Source: an uncultured Spirochaetota bacterium (lineage in GTDB: Bacteria > Spirochaetota > Brevinematia > Brevinematales > JAOACQ01). From it: a DNA stretch of 64,000 bases. The notes beneath the pieces were generated by a model. The model searched no databases. It had not been told where the DNA came from and saw nothing but the letters and a program-made list of their open reading frames with translations. Positions 54,383 through 64,000 of the stretch are shown here, in pieces. The stretch is taken from contig CAWAOD010000005.1 of the NCBI GenBank assembly GCA_963783575.1, positions 1 to 64,000 of the forward strand. Direction: 5' to 3'. The position numbers and the translations under genes were made by a program. Each line of letters starts with the position of its first letter. Positions within the stretch are counted from its first letter, which is position 1.

Positions 54383-54856
54383 TTAAACTTTTTCAGTGAT
54401 AACGGCTGAACGGCCGAACCTGCCTCGAAGATAATAAAGCTTAGCTCTTCTGACCCGTCCCTTTCTAATCTGCTCTATTCTATCGATATAAGGCGAATGG
54501 AACGGAAATACCCTTTCGATAGCTACACCATAGCTGATCCTTCTGACTGTAAAGCTTTTTCTGGATCCGCCGTGTTTCATCGCAATGACAACCCCTTCGT
54601 AAGGTTGAATTCTCTGCTTTTCCCCTTCGATAATTTTCACATATACCTTAACGGTATCCCCAATATTAAATTTCGGGAACTTTTCGGAGTTATTGTTCTC
54701 CGCCAGAAGTGCATTTTCAATATCAACCATAGTGTTCTTAACCTTTTTTGGGGCTTTTATTTCTTCTTTAACTTCGGCTTTAACTTCTACCGGTTTATTT
54801 TCTTCCGGAGCGCTTTCAACAGCACCCGCGCTATTTTTCTGAATCTCGTCCGCCAT
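54383..54856 (-). CDS. rplS: 50S ribosomal protein L19 (N-terminal extension)
   Basis: [32 protein letters not shown]. Confidence 0.97.
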   Translation of the reverse strand: MADEIQKNSAGAVESAPEENKPVEVKAEVKEEIKAPKKVKNTMVDIENALLAENNNSEKFPKFNIGDTVKVYVKIIEGEKQRIQPYEGVVIAMKHGGSRKSFTVRRISYGVAIERVFPFHSPYIDRIEQIRKGRVRRAKLYYLRGRFGRSAVITEKV

Positions 54857-55646
54857 CTTTCCACTCCTTCGATATTTTTTCTATATTCTTCAAAAATTCT
54901 GCCAATTGCTGATTTTTTCTTCTTAAAGCCTTAATCTCGTTCCCTGTTTTACCGCCATCGGGTATAAAGCTGAAACCGTTTAATAAATCTATCCGGTTAA
55001 AATATGTTTTTTTTAAACTGTTGTACAACCGGTATTTCCCTATTTCCTTATGATTGCCCGATCTCAGCACATCGGGAACATTCATACCGGAAAATTCAAT
55101 CGGCTGTGTAAAATGATCGTGTTCAAGCAGGCCGTTTTCAAAACTATCGTTACCGGCCGATTCTGTTTTTATAAATCCTTCAATAAACCTGGAAACGCTG
55201 TCCATCACAATTAAAGCGGGCAGTTCGCCTCCGGTAAGGACATAATCGCCTATTGATAATTCTTCATCTACGTGCTTCCGGACTATCCTCGAATCTATGC
55301 CCTCATATCTTGCGGAAACAAGTATGACGCTTTCTTCTCCGGCAAGCCTTTTCGCGGTCCTGTTGTTAAACATTTGACCGCCGGGGCTTAAATATATGAC
55401 CCTGCTGCCCGGATGCTTTTTTTTTATAAGATTTATCGTTTGATCCAGGGGTTCCGGCCGGAACAGCATACCTCTGCCGGAGCCGAAAATCCTGCCGTCT
55501 ATCTGACCGTATTTGTTTACCGCATATTCCCTTAAATCGTAAATTTCTGCCGCGATCAACTTTTCTTTTATTGCGCGCGAGAGAACCCCATATTCAAGAT
55601 AATTCTTTATCAACTGAGGAAAAATCGTGATAACATTAAATATCAC
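54831..55646 (-). CDS. trmD: tRNA (m1G37) methyltransferase
   Basis: [27 protein letters not shown]. Confidence 0.96.
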   Translation of the reverse strand: MIFNVITIFPQLIKNYLEYGVLSRAIKEKLIAAEIYDLREYAVNKYGQIDGRIFGSGRGMLFRPEPLDQTINLIKKKHPGSRVIYLSPGGQMFNNRTAKRLAGEESVILVSARYEGIDSRIVRKHVDEELSIGDYVLTGGELPALIVMDSVSRFIEGFIKTESAGNDSFENGLLEHDHFTQPIEFSGMNVPDVLRSGNHKEIGKYRLYNSLKKTYFNRIDLLNGFSFIPDGGKTGNEIKALRRKNQQLAEFLKNIEKISKEWKDGGRDSEK

Positions 55647-55658
55647 TTCAGGTCTCTC

Positions 55659-56168
55659 TTATAACAAATCATCTATGTCTTTAATAATAACCCTTTTATC
55701 TGTTAACTCAACTTTTTCAACATATTTATTTTCAAATGGGACTACCACCTCTTTGCCGTTCGAATTCTTAATCATCAGCATATTTTTATTAGCCGTCTCG
55801 AAAATATTATAAACTTTACCGAACAGGTTGTCTTTGTAATAAACATCCAGATCAAGCAGATCTTTTATGTAATAACTGTCCTTTTTTAATTTGGGAAGCT
55901 CGTCCTCATCAATAAAAAGCTCAACACCTCTAAGCAAATCCGCCTGCGTCCGGTCTGCGCATCCGGCCACTTCAATAATAATCCCCAGGTTTGAAAGCCT
56001 GATATCGCTAAAATTTATTTCTTTATAACCATTTGAGCTTTTTTTGTCTTTTATGTAAAATTGTGTAAAATTCTTCAATTCATTAAAATCATCAATATAA
56101 AAATTAGCTTTTAAAAGTCCTTTCAGACCGTAAGACTTTACAAGCTTGCCGATAAGGAGAAAATTCAT
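55659..56168 (-). CDS. rimM: Ribosome maturation factor RimM
   Basis: IGKLVKSYGLKG, YYIKDL; conserved gene order. Confidence 0.92.
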   Translation of the reverse strand: MNFLLIGKLVKSYGLKGLLKANFYIDDFNELKNFTQFYIKDKKSSNGYKEINFSDIRLSNLGIIIEVAGCADRTQADLLRGVELFIDEDELPKLKKDSYYIKDLLDLDVYYKDNLFGKVYNIFETANKNMLMIKNSNGKEVVVPFENKYVEKVELTDKRVIIKDIDDLL

Positions 56169-56174
56169 ATCCTA

Positions 56175-56411
56175 TTAATCCAGAATTTCCAGAATAACTC
56201 TTCTGCCGTTTTTAACGGATACCGCATTAACAATTGTCCGAATTGATTTGGCGATTATTCCATGCCTTCCGATCACCTTGCCTACCTCGCCGGGCCCAAC
56301 CTTTAACTCAAGTATGTTCGACTTTTCACCGTCAACAACATTGACGCTGACTAATGCAGGATCATCCACCAGACTGGAAACAATAAGCTCAACAATCTCT
56401 TTTTCTCTCAT
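56175..56411 (-). CDS. khpA: KH-domain RNA-binding protein
   Basis: GKVIGRHG; lies between rpsP and rimM. Confidence 0.9.
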   Translation of the reverse strand: MREKEIVELIVSSLVDDPALVSVNVVDGEKSNILELKVGPGEVGKVIGRHGIIAKSIRTIVNAVSVKNGRRVILEILD

Positions 56412-56452
56412 TGAGTCTGACTCCTATTCATTTTTACAGAGCTGACCGTTAA

Positions 56453-56698
56453 TTAAACTGCCTTTCTTTTTTTCTTTGCCAGATCTTTTACTACTGTACT
56501 GACCTTTGCACCTTTTTTAATCCATTCATCATATTTTTGAATATCAATATCAAACGCGCCGTCTTTTTCAATCGGCTGATAATACCCGAGATAATCTAAA
56601 TAAGCCCCGTCTCTGGGCAACCGGTTGTCGAGAACAACTATCCTGTAATATGGCCTTTTCGTTTTACCTGTCCTTTTTAATCTGATATGAGCTGCCAA
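56453..56698 (-). CDS. rpsP: 30S ribosomal protein S16
   Basis: IRLKRTG..RPYYRIVV.D.R.PRDG. Confidence 0.97.
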   Translation of the reverse strand: MAAHIRLKRTGKTKRPYYRIVVLDNRLPRDGAYLDYLGYYQPIEKDGAFDIDIQKYDEWIKKGAKVSTVVKDLAKKKRKAV

Positions 56699-56954
56699 AA
56701 GAGTCCTCCCTTATAAAAATTAGAAATAATATTGTAAAAGCAATTTATAGCTTTGTCAAACAAACTGTTTGTTTGACAAACAAAGATACCAAATACAGGT
56801 ACTTCATTGCATGAGAATGGTATTATATACCGATTCATTGATTAATTTGATAATTTACTTTAAAATTTTATGCAAAGGGTTTGTGATTTGGATAAAGGTT
56901 CTTTCATTCTGAATGATTAATCATAAATCCTGCCGGACTGATAAAGGAAAATTT

Positions 56955-59465
56955 ATGAGTATAAAAAAATATGTGCATCAGATAAGAAAAAAGTTTCCAT
57001 TGACAACCATGCAGAAGATTTTTTTCGGCGCTTTAATTGCGCTGGGGCTGCTGACAGGTATCTTTATATCGCAGATAATCCTGACATTCTCGGATTTAAA
57101 AGACATAAAATCGCTTGAAAACTATTCGACATATTCTATTCCAACCAAGGTATATGATAAGAATGGAAAATTGATCACGGAATTCTATCTCCAGAAAAGG
57201 GAAATTATATCCTTTAAAGACATGCCGGAATCCCTGATAAAAGCGATAATTGCCATCGAAGACCCTGACTTTTACCATCACCATGGTTTTAACGCGTTAG
57301 CTATTATTAAAGGCGTGATACTTGATCCGATAATTGGGAAAAAGGCAAGAGGCGGTTCTACAATTACCCAGCAGCTCGCAAAAAACCTGTTTACTACCAG
57401 TGAGAGAAGTATATTCCGCAAAATGATAGAGTTATGGTATGCGTTTCAGATAGAGAAAAAATATTCAAAAGAGGAAATACTTGAACTTTATTTCAACCAG
57501 GTAAATCTTGGCCATGGATGCTATGGAGTACAGGCGGCTGCTCATTATTACTTTGATAAGGATGCCAGGGACCTCGATCTGGGTGAAACCAGTTTATTAG
57601 CGGGGATGGTTCAATTACCCAATGCATACTCTCCGATACTTTATCCATATAGGGGCTCAAAAACGCCATCAAGCGGTATTAAACTCAATGGTTAAATCGG
57701 GGTTTATATCTAAAGAAACAGCGGCCGATGCATTTGAGAATTTCTGGGGAAATTATTCTTCCATTATAAAAGCTAAAGGCATAATCGTACAGAGGAATGA
57801 AAATAACTATGCTCCTTATTTTACGGAATATGTAAGGTCAATTCTTCTGAAAAAATACGGAGAGGATATGCTTTATTCCGGCGGGCTTGAAATTTACACA
57901 ACTCTGGACATTGATAAGCAGAAGATTGCCGATAAGGAAATTGATAAAGGAGTTTCGAATGAACAGGCTAACTATGATCGGGATACAAAATCGACATCAT
58001 TAAAATATAAAGAGGGTTATGAAGACATTATTGATCTTTTAAGCCTGACGTTCGGTATTAATAATATCCAGGTGGGCTTTGCTAAAATAAAAAACAGGCT
58101 TGAAAACCTTGTTAAAAATTATGAGGATTACCTTTATCTGTCTTCCTATATTTTTGGTCTGGATTCGATTAACAAGAAGGTTAAAATAAGTTATCAATTG
58201 AGCAATATGGAGAGGAGAAAACAGGATCAGGTTGAAGCTTCCCTTATATCGATAAATCCTACCAACGGTTATATCGAAGCGATGGTCGGCGGCAGCGAGT
58301 TTAATTATGCCAATCAATATAACCGCTCTATTTTGGCGAAAAGACCTATGGGGTCTATGTTTAAACCGATCTATTATGCAATTGCCCTTGATAAAAAATT
58401 GATAACACCCGCTTCGGTGTATGAAGATAAACCTATGGTTTATCAGGACGCGGCCGGTAACCTCTGGGCGCCCAGAAACTATGAGGGTACTTTCAGCGGG
58501 AAACTTCGTGTTCGGCAGGCATTGCAATTTTCTGTTAACCTTGTTTCCATCCAGATATGGGATATGATGCTTAAGACACTGGGGTATAATAATATTATTT
58601 CGCAGATGGCAGAATATTTCGGTATCGATAAAGAAGAGGCTAAAAAGAGGGTAGCTCCTCAATTGTCATATGCTTTGGGGGTCGGCACTTTCTCTCCATT
58701 TGAAGTCGCGAGGGCGTTTTCCGTATACGCCAATGACGGAGTGTCAATCAAACCGATAGCCATCTTAAAAGTTAAAGATAGATACGGAAGGGTGTGGATG
58801 ATTTTGAAATGGAAAGAGATATGGATAAAAGCAGCAAATTGACAGTTATGAGCCGTGGAGCAGCCTTTCTGATGCAGAATATGCTTTATGACGTGCTCTA
58901 TCATGGAACAGGCGCCCCCGCCGCTATTAACGCCAATTTTCATTTAAATGCCGGCGGAAAAACAGGAACAACTTCAAACTGGAAAGAGGCCTGGTTTGCA
59001 GGCTTTACTAAAAATCTTGTAACTGTAGTCTGGTTCGGGTTTGACGACGCCAGGAAGTCCCTGGGAAGGAACCGTACCGGGGCTGTTGTCGCCGCGCCGG
59101 TCTGGATGAACTATATGAGGGATACTTTAAAAGATAATCCCGACATTCCATTTAATCCCCCGGACGAGGTTGTAGAAGCAAATGTCTGCTCCACAAGCGG
59201 TTTACTTCCGACGGAATACTGCCCGCATGTAATTACCGAGTATTTTTTAAGAAACACTGCTCCATCTAAAAAATGTGATATTCATTCAACATCAGGATCT
59301 GTCAACGATGATGACAAGCTTCAGGTTGAGATGCTGACTAACAGCCTCAACATAGATGAACAGCAGCTTAGTATTGAACCTGAAACGAACGGTGAAAAAC
59401 CTGAAGAACCTCGAAAAGATAAGAATCAAACCGAGAATTTCAATCTAAAGTCGGGAATAGAATGA
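56955..59465 (+). CDS. Class A penicillin-binding protein (PBP1A family), split by two frameshifts (~57650, ~58795)
   Basis: Transglycosylase EDPDFYHH and GGSTITQQLAK; transpeptidase SMFK, SVN and KTG, spread over three overlapping ORFs. Confidence 0.85.
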
Positions 59466-61084
59466 AGATTCTCATAATTGATGGTTTTATTGACGAACCG
59501 ACCTGTCTTGGTGTTCCTCCTTTTCTATCGACTTATGTCCGTTATACAGCCGGAGCGGCTGTTTGCGCGGGTATTAAAGATACTGATTATATTACAATTG
59601 AGTATTTGAGAAAAAATGACTTTATTCTCCGGGATGTTGATGTTGCCGTAATTATAGCCGGTAATCCAGTCCCTGGAAAATACTTGGGCGGTATGCCGAT
59701 AAAGGGGTTTGAACTTGAAATGATAGCGTCAAGGAACCCTGAAACCGCTTTCTTTGCCGGCGGACCGATCCAATTTGACGGCATTGATACTTTTCTTCCC
59801 CGAAATCTTAATATTATACATAAAGATATTGAGAGCTTTATCTATCATTATTTGCTTGAAGGGAAAAATAATGAATCTTTTCGAACGATCGATGAAATAA
59901 ATTTATTTTCCATAGCAGGAGCTTATATTGCGCAGAAACACCCGCGTTATCCCGAAATAATAGCGGAAATCGAGACGGGGAGGGGATGTCCAAGGCTTGA
60001 ACACTGTTCATTCTGCATTGAAGCCGGGTATAAGGTCGAATTCCGTAATCCTGTCGATATTATCCGCGAGGTTAAAGCATTATATTCAGCGGGTATAAGG
60101 CATTTCAGGATTGGAAAACAGGCTGATTTATACTCATACGGCTCTCAACTTCAAGAATGGAAAAATGGTTTTCCAAAACCTAATATTGATTGGATCAGAA
60201 AATTATATACTGGAATCAGAGACGGCGTTCCCGGTTTGAAAACCCTTCACCTCGATAATGTAAATCCCGGTACTTTAGCGGCTTTTCCCGATGAATCGGC
60301 TGAAATAACAGGCATAATTGTAAATAATAATACTGCCGGAGATGTCGCGGCGCTTGGAATGGAAAGCGCAGATCCCGGCGTGATTGAAAAGAATTTTCTT
60401 AAAGCTTTACCTTCCGGAATAATAAAAGCAGTTGAAATCATAAATAATACCGGGAATATCAGGGAGAACGGCATTCCGAAACTTCTGCCCGGTATTAATC
60501 TGATCCGCGGCTTGATAGGAGAAAGCCGTGAAACCTTCCGGATGAATTATGAGTTTCTAAAGCAAATTCTTGATAAGGGGCTTTTGCTGAGAAGGATCAA
60601 TATCCGCCAGATAAAATTATCAGGCAATAACTGCGGTGATAAACGTTTCAAGACATCTCCAAGGGAAGAAAAAAAGTTGGACGCTGTTTTCAGGAATTAC
60701 CGGGAAAAGATCAGGGATGAAATCGATAATCCGATGATTCAAAAAATATTCCCCGTCGGCACTATTATGAAGGATTTGATTGTTGAGGCCATTCGCGGTG
60801 ACTGGAGTATAGCCAGAGCTATCGGAAGCTACGCTATCGCAGTAAATATACCCAAGATTCTACCGGTTTTATCCGGGATAGACGTTTTTGTCGTCGGATG
60901 GCGCAACCGTTCCCTGATAGGATTGCCGAATCCATTAATAATAAAGAATTCAAGTCTTCAGGAGCTTAAACAAATCCCCGGGTTTTCAAAAAAAGCCGGA
61001 GAAATTTTTGCATCAGGAAATTTTAATAAATCGGTATTTTCTACTTCCCCTGCTTTTGAAAAGATTAAGGATTATTTGATATAA
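59462..61084 (+). CDS. Radical SAM protein
   Basis: ETGRGCPRLEHCSFC; DGFIDEPTCLGVPP N-terminus. Confidence 0.85.
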   Translation: MKILIIDGFIDEPTCLGVPPFLSTYVRYTAGAAVCAGIKDTDYITIEYLRKNDFILRDVDVAVIIAGNPVPGKYLGGMPIKGFELEMIASRNPETAFFAGGPIQFDGIDTFLPRNLNIIHKDIESFIYHYLLEGKNNESFRTIDEINLFSIAGAYIAQKHPRYPEIIAEIETGRGCPRLEHCSFCIEAGYKVEFRNPVDIIREVKALYSAGIRHFRIGKQADLYSYGSQLQEWKNGFPKPNIDWIRKLYTGIRDGVPGLKTLHLDNVNPGTLAAFPDESAEITGIIVNNNTAGDVAALGMESADPGVIEKNFLKALPSGIIKAVEIINNTGNIRENGIPKLLPGINLIRGLIGESRETFRMNYEFLKQILDKGLLLRRINIRQIKLSGNNCGDKRFKTSPREEKKLDAVFRNYREKIRDEIDNPMIQKIFPVGTIMKDLIVEAIRGDWSIARAIGSYAIAVNIPKILPVLSGIDVFVVGWRNRSLIGLPNPLIIKNSSLQELKQIPGFSKKAGEIFASGNFNKSVFSTSPAFEKIKDYLI

Positions 61085-61141
61085 TAAACTTATCATTTTG
61101 CCTGAATGGCAAAAATTATTTATAATTAATTGGATGTTAAT

Positions 61142-62083
61142 ATGTCAAGAAAAAAAGTTATTGTCATAGTGATACTTTTAAACTTGGTTATTGTGATTGC
61201 AGAGGTTTTTTTCGGGATTATTTCAAATTCAATGGCCCTGATTGCCGATGCCATTCATAATCTAGGAGATGTCCTGTCAATTATAATCGCCCTGATTGCA
61301 ATTGTTTACAGTGAAAAAAAGGCTACCCGCGAAATGACTTACGGTTATATCCGATCGGAAATGATGGCCGGGTTTATTAATTCGTTTTTCCTTCTTTTGA
61401 CTATGATTTATATCCTTTATGAATCCGTCCTCAAGATAATAAAGCCTGAACAGGTGAACGGATTTTATATGATCGCTGTTGCCGGAATCGCCCTGATTGC
61501 GAATGCCTTCTCCGCCGGTCTGCTGAGAACCGGGGAGGGCAAAAAACTGCAGTACAACCATTCGAATGAGGATAAATCATGCAGGGAAGATGGTGATTTT
61601 CATCATAATGATATGAATATTAAAACGGCTTATTTTCATATGTTAAGCGATGCCGGAATTTCCATCGGTGTTGTGATCGGCGGTGCAGTAATATATTTTT
61701 TCAGAATATATATCATTGATCCTGTTTTTTCAATTGTTTTTTCAGTTTATATTTTGTTTGAATCTTTTAAAATCCTGCGAGCAACATTTTTCAGCCTGTT
61801 AGATGTTGCCCCTGAAAACCTTCCGGATATTGAAAAAGAAATTTTGTCCCATGAGGAAATTATCAGTATTCATGATATCCACATATCAAAACCTTCATCA
61901 AAAGATGTACATTTTTCTGCCCATTTGATTTTCAAGGACGAAATGTCTCTGGAAGAAATTGAGGAATTACTGGAAATATTGCGTGTTGACCTGAAAAAAT
62001 ACGGCGTTACTCATCCTCTTTTCCAGCCTGAAACACAAAAATATCATAACAGGGATCCCTTCTGCCAGAGCCACTGTAATTGA
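61142..62083 (+). CDS. Cation diffusion facilitator (CzcD/ZitB-like)
   Basis: ALIADAIHNLGD, TYGY.R.E, HMLSD, HDIH. Start set at ATG 61142. Confidence 0.92.
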   Translation: MSRKKVIVIVILLNLVIVIAEVFFGIISNSMALIADAIHNLGDVLSIIIALIAIVYSEKKATREMTYGYIRSEMMAGFINSFFLLLTMIYILYESVLKIIKPEQVNGFYMIAVAGIALIANAFSAGLLRTGEGKKLQYNHSNEDKSCREDGDFHHNDMNIKTAYFHMLSDAGISIGVVIGGAVIYFFRIYIIDPVFSIVFSVYILFESFKILRATFFSLLDVAPENLPDIEKEILSHEEIISIHDIHISKPSSKDVHFSAHLIFKDEMSLEEIEELLEILRVDLKKYGVTHPLFQPETQKYHNRDPFCQSHCN

Positions 62084-62301
62084 CCCCTGCGACATCGTGT
62101 CGCTGCCGAACTTCGTTCGGCGGCCTTTATGATTAAAGAGGGGCTCTCATGGAACATCCTGTTCCCTTGGTTACTTGGGCTAATGTACGACGTCGTGTCC
62201 CCGTGGTTACTTGTTTGGTAAAAATCAAAATCAATAAGTTTTTCAGAGATTGATTTTACCTGCTGTTTATATTAAAATATATGGTTATCCGGAGTTAAAA
62301 A

Positions 62302-63615
62302 ATGGCACATATTTTAGTTATTCCAATCATACTTTTCCTTTTAATCCTGAGCAAAAAAGTTCTTAAAATATTTTATATACCTTCATTGATATCAATGGTA
62401 ATTCTGGGTATTTTATTTGGGCCTGCGGGATATAATTTTATTGAAAGTTTTATGAACTTTATCGGGCAGCCGGAAAAATTTCAATTAATTAATAATTCGA
62501 TCGAATCGTTTAGTTTGTTAGGAATGGTTTATTTAATGGTTCAGGCGGGCCTGGAATCCGATTTGCGTTTTTTTAAGCCCGTAAAACGTGAAATTATTAT
62601 TTTGACAATTTTAACGGTAATTTTGCCTTTATTGGGAGTGATTGCCGTATCTCTGAAATTCAACCTGAAGATAGCGGAAGCCGTACTCCTTGCCGCGGTT
62701 TTTATTTCACGATCAATCGGCGCTGTTATGGATGAAAGCGGTTTTAACAAAGTGAACAATGCAAAACTATGGGCAATTCTTACAGGGACTACCGAAATTA
62801 CAAATTTTGTATGCATGGTTTTGCTTATAGCCGCTTTACAGCTTCAGCAAATTGAAGGGAGTTCATTACTGGTTAATAATATTTCAATAATCAGAAAATT
62901 GTATTTATTGAATAATAAAATGTTAATAATGATTGTTTTTTTATTAATCGTATTGGTGTATTTATATTTATGCCTGATATTAATACCAGGAGTATTAAAG
63001 AATATTTTTGCAAGACTCAATAAGATTCGAATAAATTCTATTATGATAATTATAATAATTTTATTGTTTTTTTGTTTTACATCCGAGTTGATAGGTATAA
63101 ATTTATTGATCGGAGCTTATATCGCGGGATTATTTTTGTCTCAAACAGGTTTGGCTTTTTCTCCCGGCGAGGGAAAAAATATTTTCACAAGACTTGGTTA
63201 TTGGATTTTTCTGCCGTTCATTTTTTTCTATATCGGCTCAGGTACTCAATTCCAGTATTTTTTGCAATTGAATAATCTATTTTTCTTTTTACTGATATTT
63301 ACCGGAATGGTTATAACAAAATTTATTGCCGGTTTTCCGGTTTTTAAATTCTCAAACTTCAATGGCATTAAAAGTCTGTATGGAGGTATTGCGGGTGTGT
63401 CACATCTAGCTTTTACACTTATTATCGCCCAGATCGGCAAGGAAGCAGGTATTATCAATACGGAAATATTTACCTCGATTGTGACGGTGTGTATTATTAC
63501 AAGCATTTTTGTGCCTGTAATTTTAAAAATGATAATGCAGAGAAATCCGAAAATTATTAAAAGTCTTGATTCTGTTAATTTTGATAAAAGCATATTCGAA
63601 AAAAATATAATATAA
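62302..63615 (+). CDS. Cation:proton antiporter (CPA2-like)
   Basis: About 12 hydrophobic segments; [19 protein letters not shown]. Confidence 0.8.
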   Translation: MAHILVIPIILFLLILSKKVLKIFYIPSLISMVILGILFGPAGYNFIESFMNFIGQPEKFQLINNSIESFSLLGMVYLMVQAGLESDLRFFKPVKREIIILTILTVILPLLGVIAVSLKFNLKIAEAVLLAAVFISRSIGAVMDESGFNKVNNAKLWAILTGTTEITNFVCMVLLIAALQLQQIEGSSLLVNNISIIRKLYLLNNKMLIMIVFLLIVLVYLYLCLILIPGVLKNIFARLNKIRINSIMIIIIILLFFCFTSELIGINLLIGAYIAGLFLSQTGLAFSPGEGKNIFTRLGYWIFLPFIFFYIGSGTQFQYFLQLNNLFFFLLIFTGMVITKFIAGFPVFKFSNFNGIKSLYGGIAGVSHLAFTLIIAQIGKEAGIINTEIFTSIVTVCIITSIFVPVILKMIMQRNPKIIKSLDSVNFDKSIFEKNII

Positions 63616-63625
63616 GGAAATTCCA

Positions 63626-64000
63626 ATGAATGTTTTGAAGATCATTTCGATGAAGGGAAAAGAAAAAATAACAATGCTTACAGCCTATGATTATCTTACT
63701 GCAAAAATCCTTGAAGAAGCGGGGATAGACATTATTCTGGTCGGAGATTCCCTTGGAAACGTAATAATGGGTTATGATAACACGATCCCTGTCACCGTTG
63801 AAGATGTTATTCACCATACAAAGGCGGTGAGGCAGGGTGCAAAGCAAAGCATGATCATTGCCGATATGCCGTTTTTAAGCTACGGCGTTTCAATTGAGGA
63901 TAGCGTTTATCAGGCCGGAAGAATAATGAAGGAAACCGGCGCGAACGCCGTAAAACTTGAGGGCGGCGTGGAATTTGAAGAAATTGTCCATGCAATGGTA
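63626..64000 (+). CDS. panB: 3-methyl-2-oxobutanoate hydroxymethyltransferase (runs off window end)
   Basis: Own translation: [23 protein letters not shown]...ILVGDSLG...ADMPFLSY...AVKLEGG. Confidence 0.95.
   Translation, partial: MNVLKIISMKGKEKITMLTAYDYLTAKILEEAGIDIILVGDSLGNVIMGYDNTIPVTVEDVIHHTKAVRQGAKQSMIIADMPFLSYGVSIEDSVYQAGRIMKETGANAVKLEGGVEFEEIVHAMV

Noticed and set aside
62085..62215. Palindromes after the CDF gene as an ncRNA or riboswitch
   Set aside because: Short hairpins (gccgaac/gttcggc) fit a terminator or REP-like repeat; no recognisable riboswitch consensus.

Overview
Positions 1 to about 38.4 kb hold a head-to-tail array of three related, mosaic integrative elements; the first is cut off at the window start. 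Each unit runs: dif-like hairpin region, PIN-type toxin-antitoxin (TA) pair, XRE repressor (minus strand), then a plus-strand operon of small protein, ParA, primase-ATPase fusion, iteron-like repeats, two tandem tyrosine recombinases, a variable TA module, and an AT-rich cassette of a predicted peptidoglycan-hydrolase toxin tip plus a signal-peptide-bearing immunity-like gene. The three cassettes differ (M15/M23-like, M15-like, CHAP-like), yet all begin in the same reading frame at a conserved ~50-nt junction. Between units are inverted pairs of Xer dif-like sites about 100 bp apart whose spacers co-vary so that each pair can fold into a ssDNA hairpin, resembling the CTXphi attP. Two group II introns and one DDE transposase gene lie in these inter-unit regions. 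From about 38.7 kb to 64 kb is ordinary chromosome: a Lol-like ABC operon, the rpsP-khpA-rimM-trmD-rplS-rnhB cluster, a split PBP1A, a radical SAM enzyme, transporters and panB. The host may be a spirochaete (weak inference). All calls come from reading motifs by eye; no database searches were run.
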